Virus record (IMG/VR): IMGVR_UViG_3300020045_006994
Span: 1 to 37,110 of that record
Strand: one strand, 5' to 3'
DNA: 37,110 nucleotides
Origin: a virus
Taxonomy: Duplodnaviria > Caudoviricetes
The translations under genes and the position numbers were made by a program. A model generated the notes under the pieces. That model was not told the DNA's origin and ran no database searches. It saw nothing but the letters and a program-made list of their open reading frames with translations. Of the stretch, positions 24,464 through 35,083 are shown one piece after another (positions within the stretch are counted from its first letter, which is position 1; the number at the start of each line of letters is the position of its first letter).

Positions 24464-27001
24464 ATGACATTTCAACCATTTTTAATTGCTGATGCTAAAA
24501 CAGGGTTACAACTCGACAAACCCCCATTTCTTTTGGCTGATGACGCCTATACGCAATTAAATAACGTTTATCTATGGCGTAGACGCTTTAAGAAAAAGCA
24601 AGGAGTAAAGACGCTTGGTAGATTAAGAAGGGTTATTAATTATTCTTTACAATTCGGTGTAACTCAAGCAAATGGAGGATTTGGTGGATTTCTTAGGATT
24701 CAATATGGTTTAGAGTCAACTGGACAATTAGAACCTGGAACATTTTCAGCTACTGTCGGACCTGAAACATACACGGAGCCTAGCCCACCTGATGGAACGC
24801 TTGTTGGAGATATGGGAGGAGTAGGGACTTTAGATTACGCAAATATGATATTCGTTGTGAATACAATACCTCCAACACCGGGACTTATTGTAACAGTAAC
24901 AGGATTTGCTTATTTTCCTGGATTACCTGTAATGGGTTTACCTTCTAGAGAATTAGATACTATCAACGCTAATGATTCGATGGGTTTTGATACTAAATAC
25001 GCTTATTTGTACAGTAACTTACTTAATAAATATGTTGAAGCTCCAACTAGCGGCCCTCAATTCACTTGGTCAGGTTCAAACAGTAATTTCTTTTGGTCTC
25101 AAAATGCCGATAGTGCTTTATTTACCACAAATTTTACAGCTACTGAATTACCTGGCTACACAATCACAGGGATTTCTCAGGCTGTACAAGCTCAAGTAAC
25201 GATCGGTGCTCATATTCTTCAAATAGGAGATTATGTTTTCTTCAATGGCGTTTTAGGAATGACCGAGATTAATGGTCTAACTGGTCAAGTAACAGCTATT
25301 GGAGCTACAACCATCGATGTAGATATTGATAGTACAGGTTTTACGGCGTACACTTCCGACGGTGTTGTTATTTCTCAAAGTAGGGTAATCCCTGCAATAG
25401 GTGATCCTATTAGGTGGTATGATGGTTCTTTGTGGTCTAACTTTACACCACCTACAAATGCAGGAAATTACCTGATAAGCTCATTAATGATCTTCTTTTA
25501 CCGTGATCGATTATTGTTTTTAAATACAGTAGAAACGTCCGGAGCTTCTTCTACAGCAACAAATCATTATCAGCGTGCAAGATGGTCACAAAACGGAACT
25601 ATATATTATGCTACAAATCCAATCCCTGCTGGACAAAATGGAGATCCATTGGCCTATGATGACGTTACTCCTGGTCGTGGTGGATTTAATGACGCTCCCA
25701 CTTCTGAGAGAATCGTATCGGCTAGCCTTATAAAAGATCAATTGATAGTGTTTTTTGAGAGTTCCACATGGCGTTTAAGATATTCTGGAAATGAAGTATT
25801 ACCTTTCATATGGGAAAGGGTTAATTCTGAGTTTGGATCACGTAGCACATTTAGCACGATACCTTTTGATGTTGGTCCGATAACAGTTGGTTTAAGAGGT
25901 ATAGTACAGAGTGACGGCGTTAACACATTAAGAGTAGATAATATCATCCCTGATGAGGTGTTCAACTTCGAAAATGCTTCTGATGGTCCGATTAGAGTCC
26001 ATGGAATCAGGGACTTTGACGAACAGATAACATATTGGAGTTTCCCTAACGATGATGAAAATGGCACTTACCCAAATAGAGTGCTAAGTTATAACTATCG
26101 CGATCAATCATGGGCTATCTTTCTTGATAGCTTCACTTGTTTTGGAAACTGGCAATCTTTTACAGATTTTAGATGGGGAGATTGGACAACTCCATTTGGT
26201 CAATCTAATTTTACGTGGGGATCTCAAACAAATCAAAGTCTTTATCCAACTGTAATCGGTGGGAACCAGCAAGGTTATGTTTTACAACTACAAAAACAAA
26301 CGACAAACGATCCTACTTTACGAATTGATGCCATAACGGCTTCTGTTGTTGACGTAACACCTGTGATTATTACTTCAAAAGATCACAATCTAAGTTCGGA
26401 TTATGTTGTTACATTTACTGGTATTTTTGATGCGTCTGCAATTGTAATGAATGATGTAAGTTTCCAAATCGATGTGATAGATGCAGATAACTTTGCATTG
26501 TATATTTATAATCCTCAAACATTGACATTTGACATACCATATGAGTTAACACCGATTACTTATTCAGGTAATGGAGAGATCAAAGTAGTAGATAACTTTA
26601 GCATCGTATCTAAAAAGTTTAACCCTCTACTGAAACAAGACACATCTTGCCGATTAGGATGGTTAGACTTCTATGTTGATACGACATCAACAGGTAAGTT
26701 TATTGTTAATCTATACGTCGACGGTAACGATACTGAGCCGGTTAACGCTCCTGTAATTGTTGATCTCCAATTACCTGAGAATATAGAAAGCAATGTTGTT
26801 GAAACATTCTTAAATCAGTATGAAACAGCATCACAAGAAACCGTTTGGCATAGTCTTTATAATGATTGCGTTGGTAACTTTTTCCAATTTGAAATAACTC
26901 TGAGTGATTCACAAATGAATGATGCAGATATCTACGGAAGCGACTTTGTATTATATGCAATCATGTTACATGTAAACGCTGCAAATGATAGGTTAACATG
27001 A
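24464..27001 (+). CDS. Tail nozzle/DNA-stabilisation protein (tubular protein B-like) with inserted FCCH-like domains
   Basis: 845 aa, beta-rich; RARWSQ...LIVFFE.STWRL propeller-like region; position in the operon. Confidence 0.75.
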   Translation: MTFQPFLIADAKTGLQLDKPPFLLADDAYTQLNNVYLWRRRFKKKQGVKTLGRLRRVINYSLQFGVTQANGGFGGFLRIQYGLESTGQLEPGTFSATVGPETYTEPSPPDGTLVGDMGGVGTLDYANMIFVVNTIPPTPGLIVTVTGFAYFPGLPVMGLPSRELDTINANDSMGFDTKYAYLYSNLLNKYVEAPTSGPQFTWSGSNSNFFWSQNADSALFTTNFTATELPGYTITGISQAVQAQVTIGAHILQIGDYVFFNGVLGMTEINGLTGQVTAIGATTIDVDIDSTGFTAYTSDGVVISQSRVIPAIGDPIRWYDGSLWSNFTPPTNAGNYLISSLMIFFYRDRLLFLNTVETSGASSTATNHYQRARWSQNGTIYYATNPIPAGQNGDPLAYDDVTPGRGGFNDAPTSERIVSASLIKDQLIVFFESSTWRLRYSGNEVLPFIWERVNSEFGSRSTFSTIPFDVGPITVGLRGIVQSDGVNTLRVDNIIPDEVFNFENASDGPIRVHGIRDFDEQITYWSFPNDDENGTYPNRVLSYNYRDQSWAIFLDSFTCFGNWQSFTDFRWGDWTTPFGQSNFTWGSQTNQSLYPTVIGGNQQGYVLQLQKQTTNDPTLRIDAITASVVDVTPVIITSKDHNLSSDYVVTFTGIFDASAIVMNDVSFQIDVIDADNFALYIYNPQTLTFDIPYELTPITYSGNGEIKVVDNFSIVSKKFNPLLKQDTSCRLGWLDFYVDTTSTGKFIVNLYVDGNDTEPVNAPVIVDLQLPENIESNVVETFLNQYETASQETVWHSLYNDCVGNFFQFEITLSDSQMNDADIYGSDFVLYAIMLHVNAANDRLT

Positions 27002-27474
27002 GTTTTAGCCCTATTGATAGCAAAGGTAACTTTGTTGATACAAGTATATTGTTTCCTGATGAAGAGAAGCAATTTAAGTATGTTCTAAGAGATAATCACT
27101 TTACGATAGCTACGGCTATCAATAATCGTGAAATATCCATGTATCCACTACAAGAGATTCTTTGTGGTAAATTGTATTATACCGACGGAAACCCACAGAA
27201 ATTTAGGGATGTATTTAGAAAGACATTTAAATTAGGGGCTATTCCGGCAGGAACGACAAAGACAATACCACATGGAGTAAGTGGAATAACAGAGATGTTA
27301 CCGATATTAGGAGATGCAAAATCTTCAACTAGGTTCTTTAACCTTCCATATCCCGCAATTGTTCTCGCTGAAGTGATAGAAGTTTACGCGACTTCAACGG
27401 ATATAATCATAAAGCTAGGAGCGTCAGCACAAGCAATTGTAAGCGGAACAATAGTTTTAGAATATATTAAATAA
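26998..27474 (+). CDS. Tail-associated virion protein
   Basis: ATGA overlap; VFRKTF.LG...IPHG...IVLEYIK. Confidence 0.65.
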   Translation: MSFSPIDSKGNFVDTSILFPDEEKQFKYVLRDNHFTIATAINNREISMYPLQEILCGKLYYTDGNPQKFRDVFRKTFKLGAIPAGTTKTIPHGVSGITEMLPILGDAKSSTRFFNLPYPAIVLAEVIEVYATSTDIIIKLGASAQAIVSGTIVLEYIK

Positions 27475-27514
27475 ATATGTTAATGTATGTTAAAGATTTA
27501 AATATAGGTGAAAT

Positions 27515-28024
27515 ATGGACTTTTGGGACTTTGTGACTGGATCCGAATCAAAACATGACAGATTAAATACTAGATCAGATCAGCAAATTGGCATGCAAAA
27601 TAATATGCTGCAAGGTGTTCAGGGTGGACAATCTAACATAACAGGTATGGATTGGCTACAAAACCTATTTAGTAATGATCCTAGTGCATTTGCAGCCTAT
27701 GAAGCGCCAGCTATGAGACAGTTCAATGAGCAAATTGTTCCTGGAATAGCTGAAAGATTCACAGGAATGGGAGCCGGCGGGAGAAACTCCTCGGCATTTC
27801 AACAGCAATTAGCAGGTGCCGGAGGTAGATTATCAGAAAATCTAGCAGGTCAAAGAGCTAATCTAAGACAAGGCGCATTAAATCAAATTATGCAAATGCT
27901 CCAAATGTCTATGCAGCCTAGTTTTGAAAATGTTATGTATCAAGGTCAACCTGGATTATTACAACATTTTGCGCAAGGTGCTGGAAAAGCAGCTACAAAT
28001 TACGCGACTGGTGGAATGGGTTAA
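27515..28024 (+). CDS. Probable ejection (internal virion) protein 1
   Basis: G/Q/A/M-rich; first of three genes after the tail genes, as in podoviruses. Confidence 0.65.
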   Translation: MDFWDFVTGSESKHDRLNTRSDQQIGMQNNMLQGVQGGQSNITGMDWLQNLFSNDPSAFAAYEAPAMRQFNEQIVPGIAERFTGMGAGGRNSSAFQQQLAGAGGRLSENLAGQRANLRQGALNQIMQMLQMSMQPSFENVMYQGQPGLLQHFAQGAGKAATNYATGGMG

Positions 28025-28037
28025 TAGGAGTTTGTAA

Positions 28038-29480
28038 ATGGTTCAAGTAATAAACAAATATAACCCGTCAGCAGCTCTAGGAGCCGCTTTAGGATCTGGA
28101 ATTGGTCAATCTCTAGAGAAATCTTCAGAAAACAGATTGGATTACTTGAGAGGTAAAGAGCGCGCACGTACTAGCTTGGATGAATTGAAAGAGAAGTTGA
28201 AAGATCCAACATTGACAGATTATGAAAGGTTGATGGAGACTCTTTACGCTGGACAGGGTATTGATAATATAGCTAGGGCTTCTCCGCAAATAGCTGAAAT
28301 GATAATGCGCCAGAATCAAGTAAATCAATTAACTGGAGCAGGTGGGAATGTTCCACAGCAACAAGGTGCGCCGCAACCTCAAAGGCCTGCCGGAATATCT
28401 CAACAAAGACCTGGAGGTGTTCAACAAAATCAAATGGGAGTAAATCCTCAACAGCCACAGGAATCAAATACAGGAATTCCAGGTTTTAACACGCCTAACC
28501 CAGTTGAGGGTATGCCTCAACCTCAACCACAAACGACGTCAGGATTATTTCCGCATTTAAAATCACCGGAAGAGATTGAAAATACTGTTAATCAGGAAAT
28601 GCAAATCTATAGAGATCCTAATAAACGACCTGAGCTTTTAGCCAATCAAGTTGCTTTAAATAAATTAGCGCAAGAAAGTCATAATCGTTTTAGGGAAGAG
28701 TCAAAAATTCTAGGTATTCCAGATAATGAATATAACGACTTTAAAAAGATTGCAGAAACTAAGTATTCATATATGACTGATCCCGTTAAAGCAGCCTCAG
28801 CGACATTAAAAGATTATGTAAAATATAAAGAAAAATTAGATAGCCTTGAAAATACATTTGTTCCGGGTTTATTCACTGGTCTTTTTCAAGGTCCTAAAGG
28901 TAGAGAAAGAGCTTTAAAAAGAATGCAAGGTTCTGTCCAAGATATTATAGAACTGGGCCGAGAAGATATTTTAAGGCCATATCTCACTTCTCCATCGGTA
29001 GGTTTAACACAAACAGAAGCAGAAGGGTTAATTCATCCTTTATCAGATAAAATAGAAGCATCATTAAATAAATTACCTAAAGGAACATTCAATCCTGATT
29101 ATTTTATTCAAGGTGAAGGAAAATTGGGGGGGCATTATACGGGTCCGTCAATGGAAGGCTTAAATAATTATGATGAAGTTTTAGAAAAAAGTCCAAAAAC
29201 AATCGAGAAACAAAATAGTCGGTTAGCTGATTGGTTAGTTAAAAACGTAGACCCTAAAACATCTCTCAGTGTTTTGCGTGATAAATTTGTTAATGATAAG
29301 CATTACGATTGGAGACAATTTGGACCAGCAGTTAGAGAAGCAAAAGCAAAAGGTTTGGTCTTATATGGAGATCAATTAACAGAATTGCCAGAATTAGAAA
29401 CCTACGCACCTATTCAATCACTTTCTAATATCTTTACAGGATGGGGAAGATGGTATGATAAAATACAGGGTAAGAAATAA
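28038..29480 (+). CDS. Probable ejection protein 2
   Basis: LGAALGSGIGQ N-terminus, Q/P-rich linker, helical body. Confidence 0.6.
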   Translation: MVQVINKYNPSAALGAALGSGIGQSLEKSSENRLDYLRGKERARTSLDELKEKLKDPTLTDYERLMETLYAGQGIDNIARASPQIAEMIMRQNQVNQLTGAGGNVPQQQGAPQPQRPAGISQQRPGGVQQNQMGVNPQQPQESNTGIPGFNTPNPVEGMPQPQPQTTSGLFPHLKSPEEIENTVNQEMQIYRDPNKRPELLANQVALNKLAQESHNRFREESKILGIPDNEYNDFKKIAETKYSYMTDPVKAASATLKDYVKYKEKLDSLENTFVPGLFTGLFQGPKGRERALKRMQGSVQDIIELGREDILRPYLTSPSVGLTQTEAEGLIHPLSDKIEASLNKLPKGTFNPDYFIQGEGKLGGHYTGPSMEGLNNYDEVLEKSPKTIEKQNSRLADWLVKNVDPKTSLSVLRDKFVNDKHYDWRQFGPAVREAKAKGLVLYGDQLTELPELETYAPIQSLSNIFTGWGRWYDKIQGKK

Positions 29481-30946
29481 TGAATCCAATAGCTCAAGGT
29501 TTAGCCCTTGGATATTCAGGGCAACAGTTGTTAAGCTTCATAACAAGAATATTTCCTAACATTGTACCTAAAATTACTAGAGCACAAAAAGCCGGTCATT
29601 CAATTGATAGTATATTAAGTTTTCTTCAACAATCAATGGATGCCGAAACAGGAAATAAAGGACAAACAGCGCAAAAAAATTACGCTAAAAACCGTGAAAG
29701 ATCTGATGATATTAGTAAAACTTTAGCTAAAACAGCAATAGCCGGTTTAGGCGGATATGCTGCAAGAAACGCATTATCTGGTTTGATTGGACAAGGAACA
29801 CCTCAACAACAGCAACAACCTCCTCCGATCGCTCCGCAACCTCAGAATCCGACTAATCAAGCTCCTGCTCCTGTTATAGGTGGAGGCGGACAACCTGCCG
29901 GGAATCCAATTCAAACAGCTCCCGGTCAAGCTCCGTTATCTCCTGTTCCACCTTCTCCTAATCTTGCTAATGTTGTCCAACTTATGGGAAGTTCTCCAAT
30001 AGGACAAAGAATTCAATCAATGTTAAAAAACAATCCTCCTCAAGTAGTTGCTCAAGCTATTAAAGGAATGAATAAAAAAGAGATTGAAGAGATTGAGAAA
30101 CAAGCTAGCGCTCCTATTGAACAAGTCGTTGAAGAATTTGCAAAGACGCTAGTTCAATCTAATCCGCAAGAGCAACCGCAGCAAGAGCAGTTACAGCAAC
30201 CAATTCAGCAAGGGCAACCTCAATTACCTATTGAACAGCAGCCAATCGAACCTATTTTAAATCAGCAACAGCCAGTTGAAAATCAATTAGATTTAGAATC
30301 AATGGGATTAAATGCGCCGAAAGAAGAAGTTAAGATTAAAAAGACTGCAATAACACCATCAGGTGATTTTGGAGAAGTAGAGTCCGATAATGGTAAGATC
30401 TCTAAAATTAATGTTGATGGTAAAACAAAAACATTTAATAACGATAAGTTAATTGAGTCTCCAATATCAGAAAAAGATGCCGGTGATCTATATGATGAGA
30501 TGATGTCAAAGATACCCGAAGAAGACCGATCTTCTCAAATATTTTGGGCTGGATATGATGAGAAAGCAAATAAGTTTTCATTCATTCCTCATGGTGGGGC
30601 ACTTTACACATATGAGAAAATTTCTCCTGAATGGGTGGAAAAGTTAAAGCATGGAATGTTTGAAGCAAAAACTACAGGTGAAAAGACAGAGGGTAAATGG
30701 ATTGCCGGCGGTAAATCTAGAGGTGCAGGTTTATTTAAATTGATTCAGGATTTACAGAAAGAATACGGTGGAAAAGGAAAAGAATATGCAGAGAAATTCG
30801 AAACCATATTTGATGCTATAAAACCAGCAAGAGACATGTCACGCGCAAAAGTAAAAGCAGCATCTGAAATAGAACGTGCTAAAAAGAAAGAAGCCACAAA
30901 GAAGGCAAAAGAAGATGAAAAAGCCAGAAAAAAACCAAAAAAATAG
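29480..30946 (+). CDS. Probable ejection protein 3 with KTSC-like domain
   Basis: Q/P-rich linkers; SSQIFWAGYD...GGALYTY..I...KSRGAGLF; basic tail. Confidence 0.6.
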   Translation: MNPIAQGLALGYSGQQLLSFITRIFPNIVPKITRAQKAGHSIDSILSFLQQSMDAETGNKGQTAQKNYAKNRERSDDISKTLAKTAIAGLGGYAARNALSGLIGQGTPQQQQQPPPIAPQPQNPTNQAPAPVIGGGGQPAGNPIQTAPGQAPLSPVPPSPNLANVVQLMGSSPIGQRIQSMLKNNPPQVVAQAIKGMNKKEIEEIEKQASAPIEQVVEEFAKTLVQSNPQEQPQQEQLQQPIQQGQPQLPIEQQPIEPILNQQQPVENQLDLESMGLNAPKEEVKIKKTAITPSGDFGEVESDNGKISKINVDGKTKTFNNDKLIESPISEKDAGDLYDEMMSKIPEEDRSSQIFWAGYDEKANKFSFIPHGGALYTYEKISPEWVEKLKHGMFEAKTTGEKTEGKWIAGGKSRGAGLFKLIQDLQKEYGGKGKEYAEKFETIFDAIKPARDMSRAKVKAASEIERAKKKEATKKAKEDEKARKKPKK

Positions 30947-31060
30947 AGATTTAGAGAAACTTTTATTTATTCTTTCTTCTAAACACAAGAAATCAAAGAA
31001 AAGTGTAGACGTTTCACATAAAAAGTTATAAAGTTTTGTATATCAAACAAAGGATTTCGT

Positions 31061-33559
31061 ATGTCGTTCCCTATTCCAGATCAAAGCGCAATTGTAAGCT
31101 CGTTAAATACAGGTGGAACGAGTTTACAAAATCCAATGCAAGTAATTTATGCTAAAAGAGACCCCGGTAATAATGATAGAAATTATGATGTGGGTTCATT
31201 TTGGATTAATACTTTAACAAATTCGTCATTTCAATTAACCGGCTTTAGTTCTGGTGTGCCTGTTTGGCAATCTGGAGGCAATGAGCAAGCGACAACAACG
31301 GTTGCTGGTATTACAAGATACGCAACAACTGCTGAGGTTATGACTGGTGCGGGAACAGAAAATGCCGCTTTAGCCGCTGATGTTTTTGCTTTAGCTCAAA
31401 GTATTGTTGTGGGGGCAGTTCCGGCAGCTCAAGAAGGTGTTGCGGGTATTGCACAATTAGCAACTCAAGTTGAAACGGATACAGGTACAAACGATACTAA
31501 GATCGTAACACCTCTTAAGTTGTCTACTTTTGTTAGCTCTGGTGGTTTCCCTGGCTCATTTACTGATTTAACAGCAACTGGAGCGGTTTCTTTTACAGGT
31601 GCTACAGGTGCGTTAACAATGACATCGGCCACCGCATCTTCTTTAGGTGTTACTGGTGCGGGTATTGATTTAACGCTAAGTTCAGCAGCTGGTCGAATTG
31701 TTGTTAATGGTGAAGAGGCAGCAGCTGACGCGGTCAGAGTTCTTTCGGCAGCCGGAGGCTTAGATGTTGACGTTGCTTTACAAATGAGCTTAGTTTCAAG
31801 TCAAAACGCAGCTGATGCAATTGTTATTAATGCTTCCGCTGGAGGAATCGACATAACAGCAGCAGGAGCAGCCGGCGAAGATATTGATATTGTTAACACA
31901 GCTGGATCTGTAAATATTACAGCCGGAGAAAGTGGAACCGATGCAATCGTTATCTCTGCTACTATTGGAGGAATTCAGATCAATGCCCCTGGCGCCGCTG
32001 CCGGTGAAGATATTTCCCTAACTGCCACAGGATCTTCAATTCGTCTAGTTTCTACTGAAAACGTAGTTGACTCAATTGTTTTATCTAGTACTAATGGTGG
32101 TATTCAAATTCTTGCCCCTGGTGCAGCAGCTTCTGAGGATATCGTCTTAACTGCTACAGGTTCTAGCGTTAGATTAACTTCCACTGAAAACGTTACGGAT
32201 GCAATTAATATTGAAGCTACTTTGGGCGGTGTTAATATCCTTGCAAGTGGAGCTAGTGCGGGTGAAGACATCAATATTACCGCTACAGGTTCTAGCGTTA
32301 ATGTTAATTCAACAGAAAACGCAGCTTTGGCAATCTATCTTCATGCTAATGGTGGGACTTCTGAAACAATCCAATTGCATGCCGACCAGGGAACTGGAGT
32401 TGCATCAATTAACATATTATCAGATGTTGGCGGTATCACGTTGAGATCTGCCGGCTTAGCCTCAGCCGATGCGGTTAATGTTGAGTCTGTTGTCGGTGGT
32501 GTTGATATTGATGCAGCATTACAAATTAACGTGACATCTTCACAAGCAGCAGCCTCAGCATTAAGACTGTTTGCTAGTGATGCAGCGGGTGGAATTGATA
32601 TTGATTGTGGAACAGGTGGAGCAACACTAGATTCGACAGGTGCAATTTCATTAGATGCGGCAGCGGCTTCAAACTTTACGGTTACTGGGGCTTTTGACCT
32701 TACTGTTTCAACAACAGCAGGTTCATTAAACTTTAGTGCAGGTGAAGCGGCAGCCGATGCGATTAATGTTGATGCCGCAGCTGGTGGTTTAGATGTCGAC
32801 GTTGCATTGCAAATGAATCTTGATTCATCACAAGCGGCAGCTGATGCAGTAAGAATCAGAGCAAGTAATGCTGCCGGTGGTATCGATGTTGACGCAGGGT
32901 CTGGAGGTGTAACAATAGACACAACAGCAGCAATTTCATTAGATTCTGCTACAGCGTCTAATTTTACAGTAACCGGATCAGCAGACTTAACGTTAAGTTC
33001 AACTGCGGGAGCTGTAAAAGTAGTATCTGGTGAAGCTAACGCCGATTCTATCGAAGTTACAAGCGGTGGAGGGATGAGCATCGTCGCGACTGGTGCAGCT
33101 GCAAAAGACGTTATCATTACTTGCACTAGCGGATCGATGACATTAACAGCAGGTGAAAACGTTACTGATGCAATGAACTTTACCGCAAGCGGTGCAGGTT
33201 CTAGAATCAACCTAGCGGCCGGAACCGGAAGCGTTAAAGTTGATTCAGGTTTGGTTGTTAAAGTTAGCGCAAAAGTTGCAGATTATACAGCAACCGGAGC
33301 TGATTACTTTATTCCTGTAGATACAAGCGGAGGCATAGTAACTATTACATTGCCAGCAGCAACGGCGGTTTCGGGTCAAACATTTGTGGTTAGAGATTCT
33401 GGCGGAGCAGCGGCAGCTAATAACATTACTATTAACGGAGGTGGAACAAACCTAGTTGGTGGTGGTGCAGCAGCAGCAACAAAAACGTTATCAGCAGCTT
33501 ATTCAGGTGCGACCATTATTTCAAATGGTACGACTTGGAATTACGCCTATACCGCATAA
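31061..33559 (+). CDS. Long tail fibre
   Basis: T4-fibre-like repeats (AGIAQLATQVETDTGTNDTKIVTPLKL); ~40-aa E...DAI.I.A..GGI repeats; C-terminal VDTSGG.VTITLP...NNITI. Confidence 0.85.
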   Translation: MSFPIPDQSAIVSSLNTGGTSLQNPMQVIYAKRDPGNNDRNYDVGSFWINTLTNSSFQLTGFSSGVPVWQSGGNEQATTTVAGITRYATTAEVMTGAGTENAALAADVFALAQSIVVGAVPAAQEGVAGIAQLATQVETDTGTNDTKIVTPLKLSTFVSSGGFPGSFTDLTATGAVSFTGATGALTMTSATASSLGVTGAGIDLTLSSAAGRIVVNGEEAAADAVRVLSAAGGLDVDVALQMSLVSSQNAADAIVINASAGGIDITAAGAAGEDIDIVNTAGSVNITAGESGTDAIVISATIGGIQINAPGAAAGEDISLTATGSSIRLVSTENVVDSIVLSSTNGGIQILAPGAAASEDIVLTATGSSVRLTSTENVTDAINIEATLGGVNILASGASAGEDINITATGSSVNVNSTENAALAIYLHANGGTSETIQLHADQGTGVASINILSDVGGITLRSAGLASADAVNVESVVGGVDIDAALQINVTSSQAAASALRLFASDAAGGIDIDCGTGGATLDSTGAISLDAAAASNFTVTGAFDLTVSTTAGSLNFSAGEAAADAINVDAAAGGLDVDVALQMNLDSSQAAADAVRIRASNAAGGIDVDAGSGGVTIDTTAAISLDSATASNFTVTGSADLTLSSTAGAVKVVSGEANADSIEVTSGGGMSIVATGAAAKDVIITCTSGSMTLTAGENVTDAMNFTASGAGSRINLAAGTGSVKVDSGLVVKVSAKVADYTATGADYFIPVDTSGGIVTITLPAATAVSGQTFVVRDSGGAAAANNITINGGGTNLVGGGAAAATKTLSAAYSGATIISNGTTWNYAYTA

Positions 33560-33572
33560 TGTAAATAACTAG

Positions 33573-33602
33573 GGCCGTCATCATTAAAAAGTGATGATGG
33601 CC
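33573..33602. other. Intergenic 13-bp hairpin with no clear U tract
   Basis: GGCCGTCATCATT-AAAA-AGTGATGATGGCC. Confidence 0.6.
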
Positions 33603-33619
33603 AAATAAAAAGGTTAAAT

Positions 33620-33955
33620 ATGTCAGGTCAGCTTTTAAAACGTGAAGTCAAAACAATTGACGGGTCAACGCTAACAACTTCTTTGCAGAATTTTGGATCG
33701 GCCTTACAAATTGCCGTAAATAAAGTAGCCATTGTTAACGTCTCAACAACTCAAATAGAGATTAGCGATGGAACAACTCAAAACAACTTTGTCATTCCAT
33801 CCTTTACGACTCTCAGTATCGGTGAAGGGTTTGAAAATATTGGTAATGCTTTGAATGTTTTGAGTCAGTTCAGAAAAGGCACGCAACTTAAGATTAAACT
33901 AACAAGTGGTGCAGCAGGCACTGGTAATGTAATTATTACATTGTTGGGGGAATAA
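33620..33955 (+). CDS. Small beta-rich virion protein
   Basis: SD AAGGT; 111 aa. Confidence 0.7.
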   Translation: MSGQLLKREVKTIDGSTLTTSLQNFGSALQIAVNKVAIVNVSTTQIEISDGTTQNNFVIPSFTTLSIGEGFENIGNALNVLSQFRKGTQLKIKLTSGAAGTGNVIITLLGE

Positions 33956-34527
33956 TGGGCATATATGCTTCTGTACTTAGTAGTTCTTCTGGCTCTCTGC
34001 CTCCGACTGTAGCAACACAATATAATACACAAGACGGAAACGCTTCCCCATCGGCTAATATTCTCATTATAAATGGGATTGACTCCACAGAAAATAACTC
34101 CAATGGAATTATAACGAAAGGTGGAATAGCCGGAACCGGAACGGTAAACGAAGTTGATGTGGTATTGACTAATAGATATTCAGCTACACTGACAACAACC
34201 GATGATACACAAACGGAGTTAGTTTCCGTTCCCATCCCTCTAAGTCCAGCAGTATATAATTTCATAGGTACAGTAAGTTTCTTTGATGTGACAAACTCAC
34301 TAGGATCAGTTGTTAATTATTCTTTTGCGTTTAGAACAACGCCGGCGTTAGGGGCTACAGTTCAATTAACTCCTTTAGATCAAACAACACAAGAAGACGC
34401 AGCAATTGGCGGTATAGTAGAGTTTCAATCTATAGGTGCTTCACAAATATTCCATATTTTAGTTACTGGACCTGCAGCAACAACGTTTAAATGGCAAGTA
34501 ACCGGAACATATACAGTGGTAAGTTGA
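33955..34527 (+). CDS. Tail fibre-related protein
   Basis: T/S/G-rich; TQYNTQDG.A.P.AN.L.I.G motif. Confidence 0.7.
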   Translation: MGIYASVLSSSSGSLPPTVATQYNTQDGNASPSANILIINGIDSTENNSNGIITKGGIAGTGTVNEVDVVLTNRYSATLTTTDDTQTELVSVPIPLSPAVYNFIGTVSFFDVTNSLGSVVNYSFAFRTTPALGATVQLTPLDQTTQEDAAIGGIVEFQSIGASQIFHILVTGPAATTFKWQVTGTYTVVS

Positions 34528-34533
34528 GGAAAT

Positions 34534-35076
34534 ATGACATTTCAATATTCAGGTAATTACAACGGTATTTTCTACGGTAAAAACGTAGACTTTACAGGTG
34601 CAGCGCAAGCCACTGAAACAGTTACAGCCAACGGAGAATTGCTAATAGGAAACGGAGTTTCTCCAAATATTAGAGTCGGTACAATAGTATCGCCATTAGG
34701 AACTATAGACGTTGGATATGCTTCTCCAAATTTAACGCTGGATGTTATTAGTTCCGGGTTTACATGGACAGATATTTCAGGCGCGTTTTTCCCTTTAGCT
34801 TCACATGGTTATTTTATAACAGGTACAGCCACAGGAACGTTGCCAGCTACGCCAAATCAAGGTGATACGGTTAAGTTCATCGTAGATCATGCTTCACAGG
34901 TTTTGACTATTCAGGCTACAGGAACACAGGTTATTAGATTAGGAAGCGTTGTAACTTCTGTGGCTGGGTCAGCTACGTCTACGTCACGCGGTGACTCGAT
35001 TACACTTGTGTATAGATCTACAGGTGATTTATGGGTTTCGGAGTCTTCTGTCGGAAATTGGACGCTTTCACCTTAG
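34534..35076 (+). CDS. Tail fibre-related protein
   Basis: ANGELLIG, GYFIT...TLPATP.QGDTV, GDSITLVY. Confidence 0.75.
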   Translation: MTFQYSGNYNGIFYGKNVDFTGAAQATETVTANGELLIGNGVSPNIRVGTIVSPLGTIDVGYASPNLTLDVISSGFTWTDISGAFFPLASHGYFITGTATGTLPATPNQGDTVKFIVDHASQVLTIQATGTQVIRLGSVVTSVAGSATSTSRGDSITLVYRSTGDLWVSESSVGNWTLSP

Positions 35077-35083
35077 GTTGTAA

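Noticed and set aside
30916-31032. 38-aa basic ORF before the tail fibre
   Set aside because: No SD, low complexity and overlapping a probable promoter; insufficient support
32341-33210. 289-aa antisense ORF in the tail fibre
   Set aside because: Shadow of Ala/Gly/Ser/Thr-rich codons; no recognisable motifs
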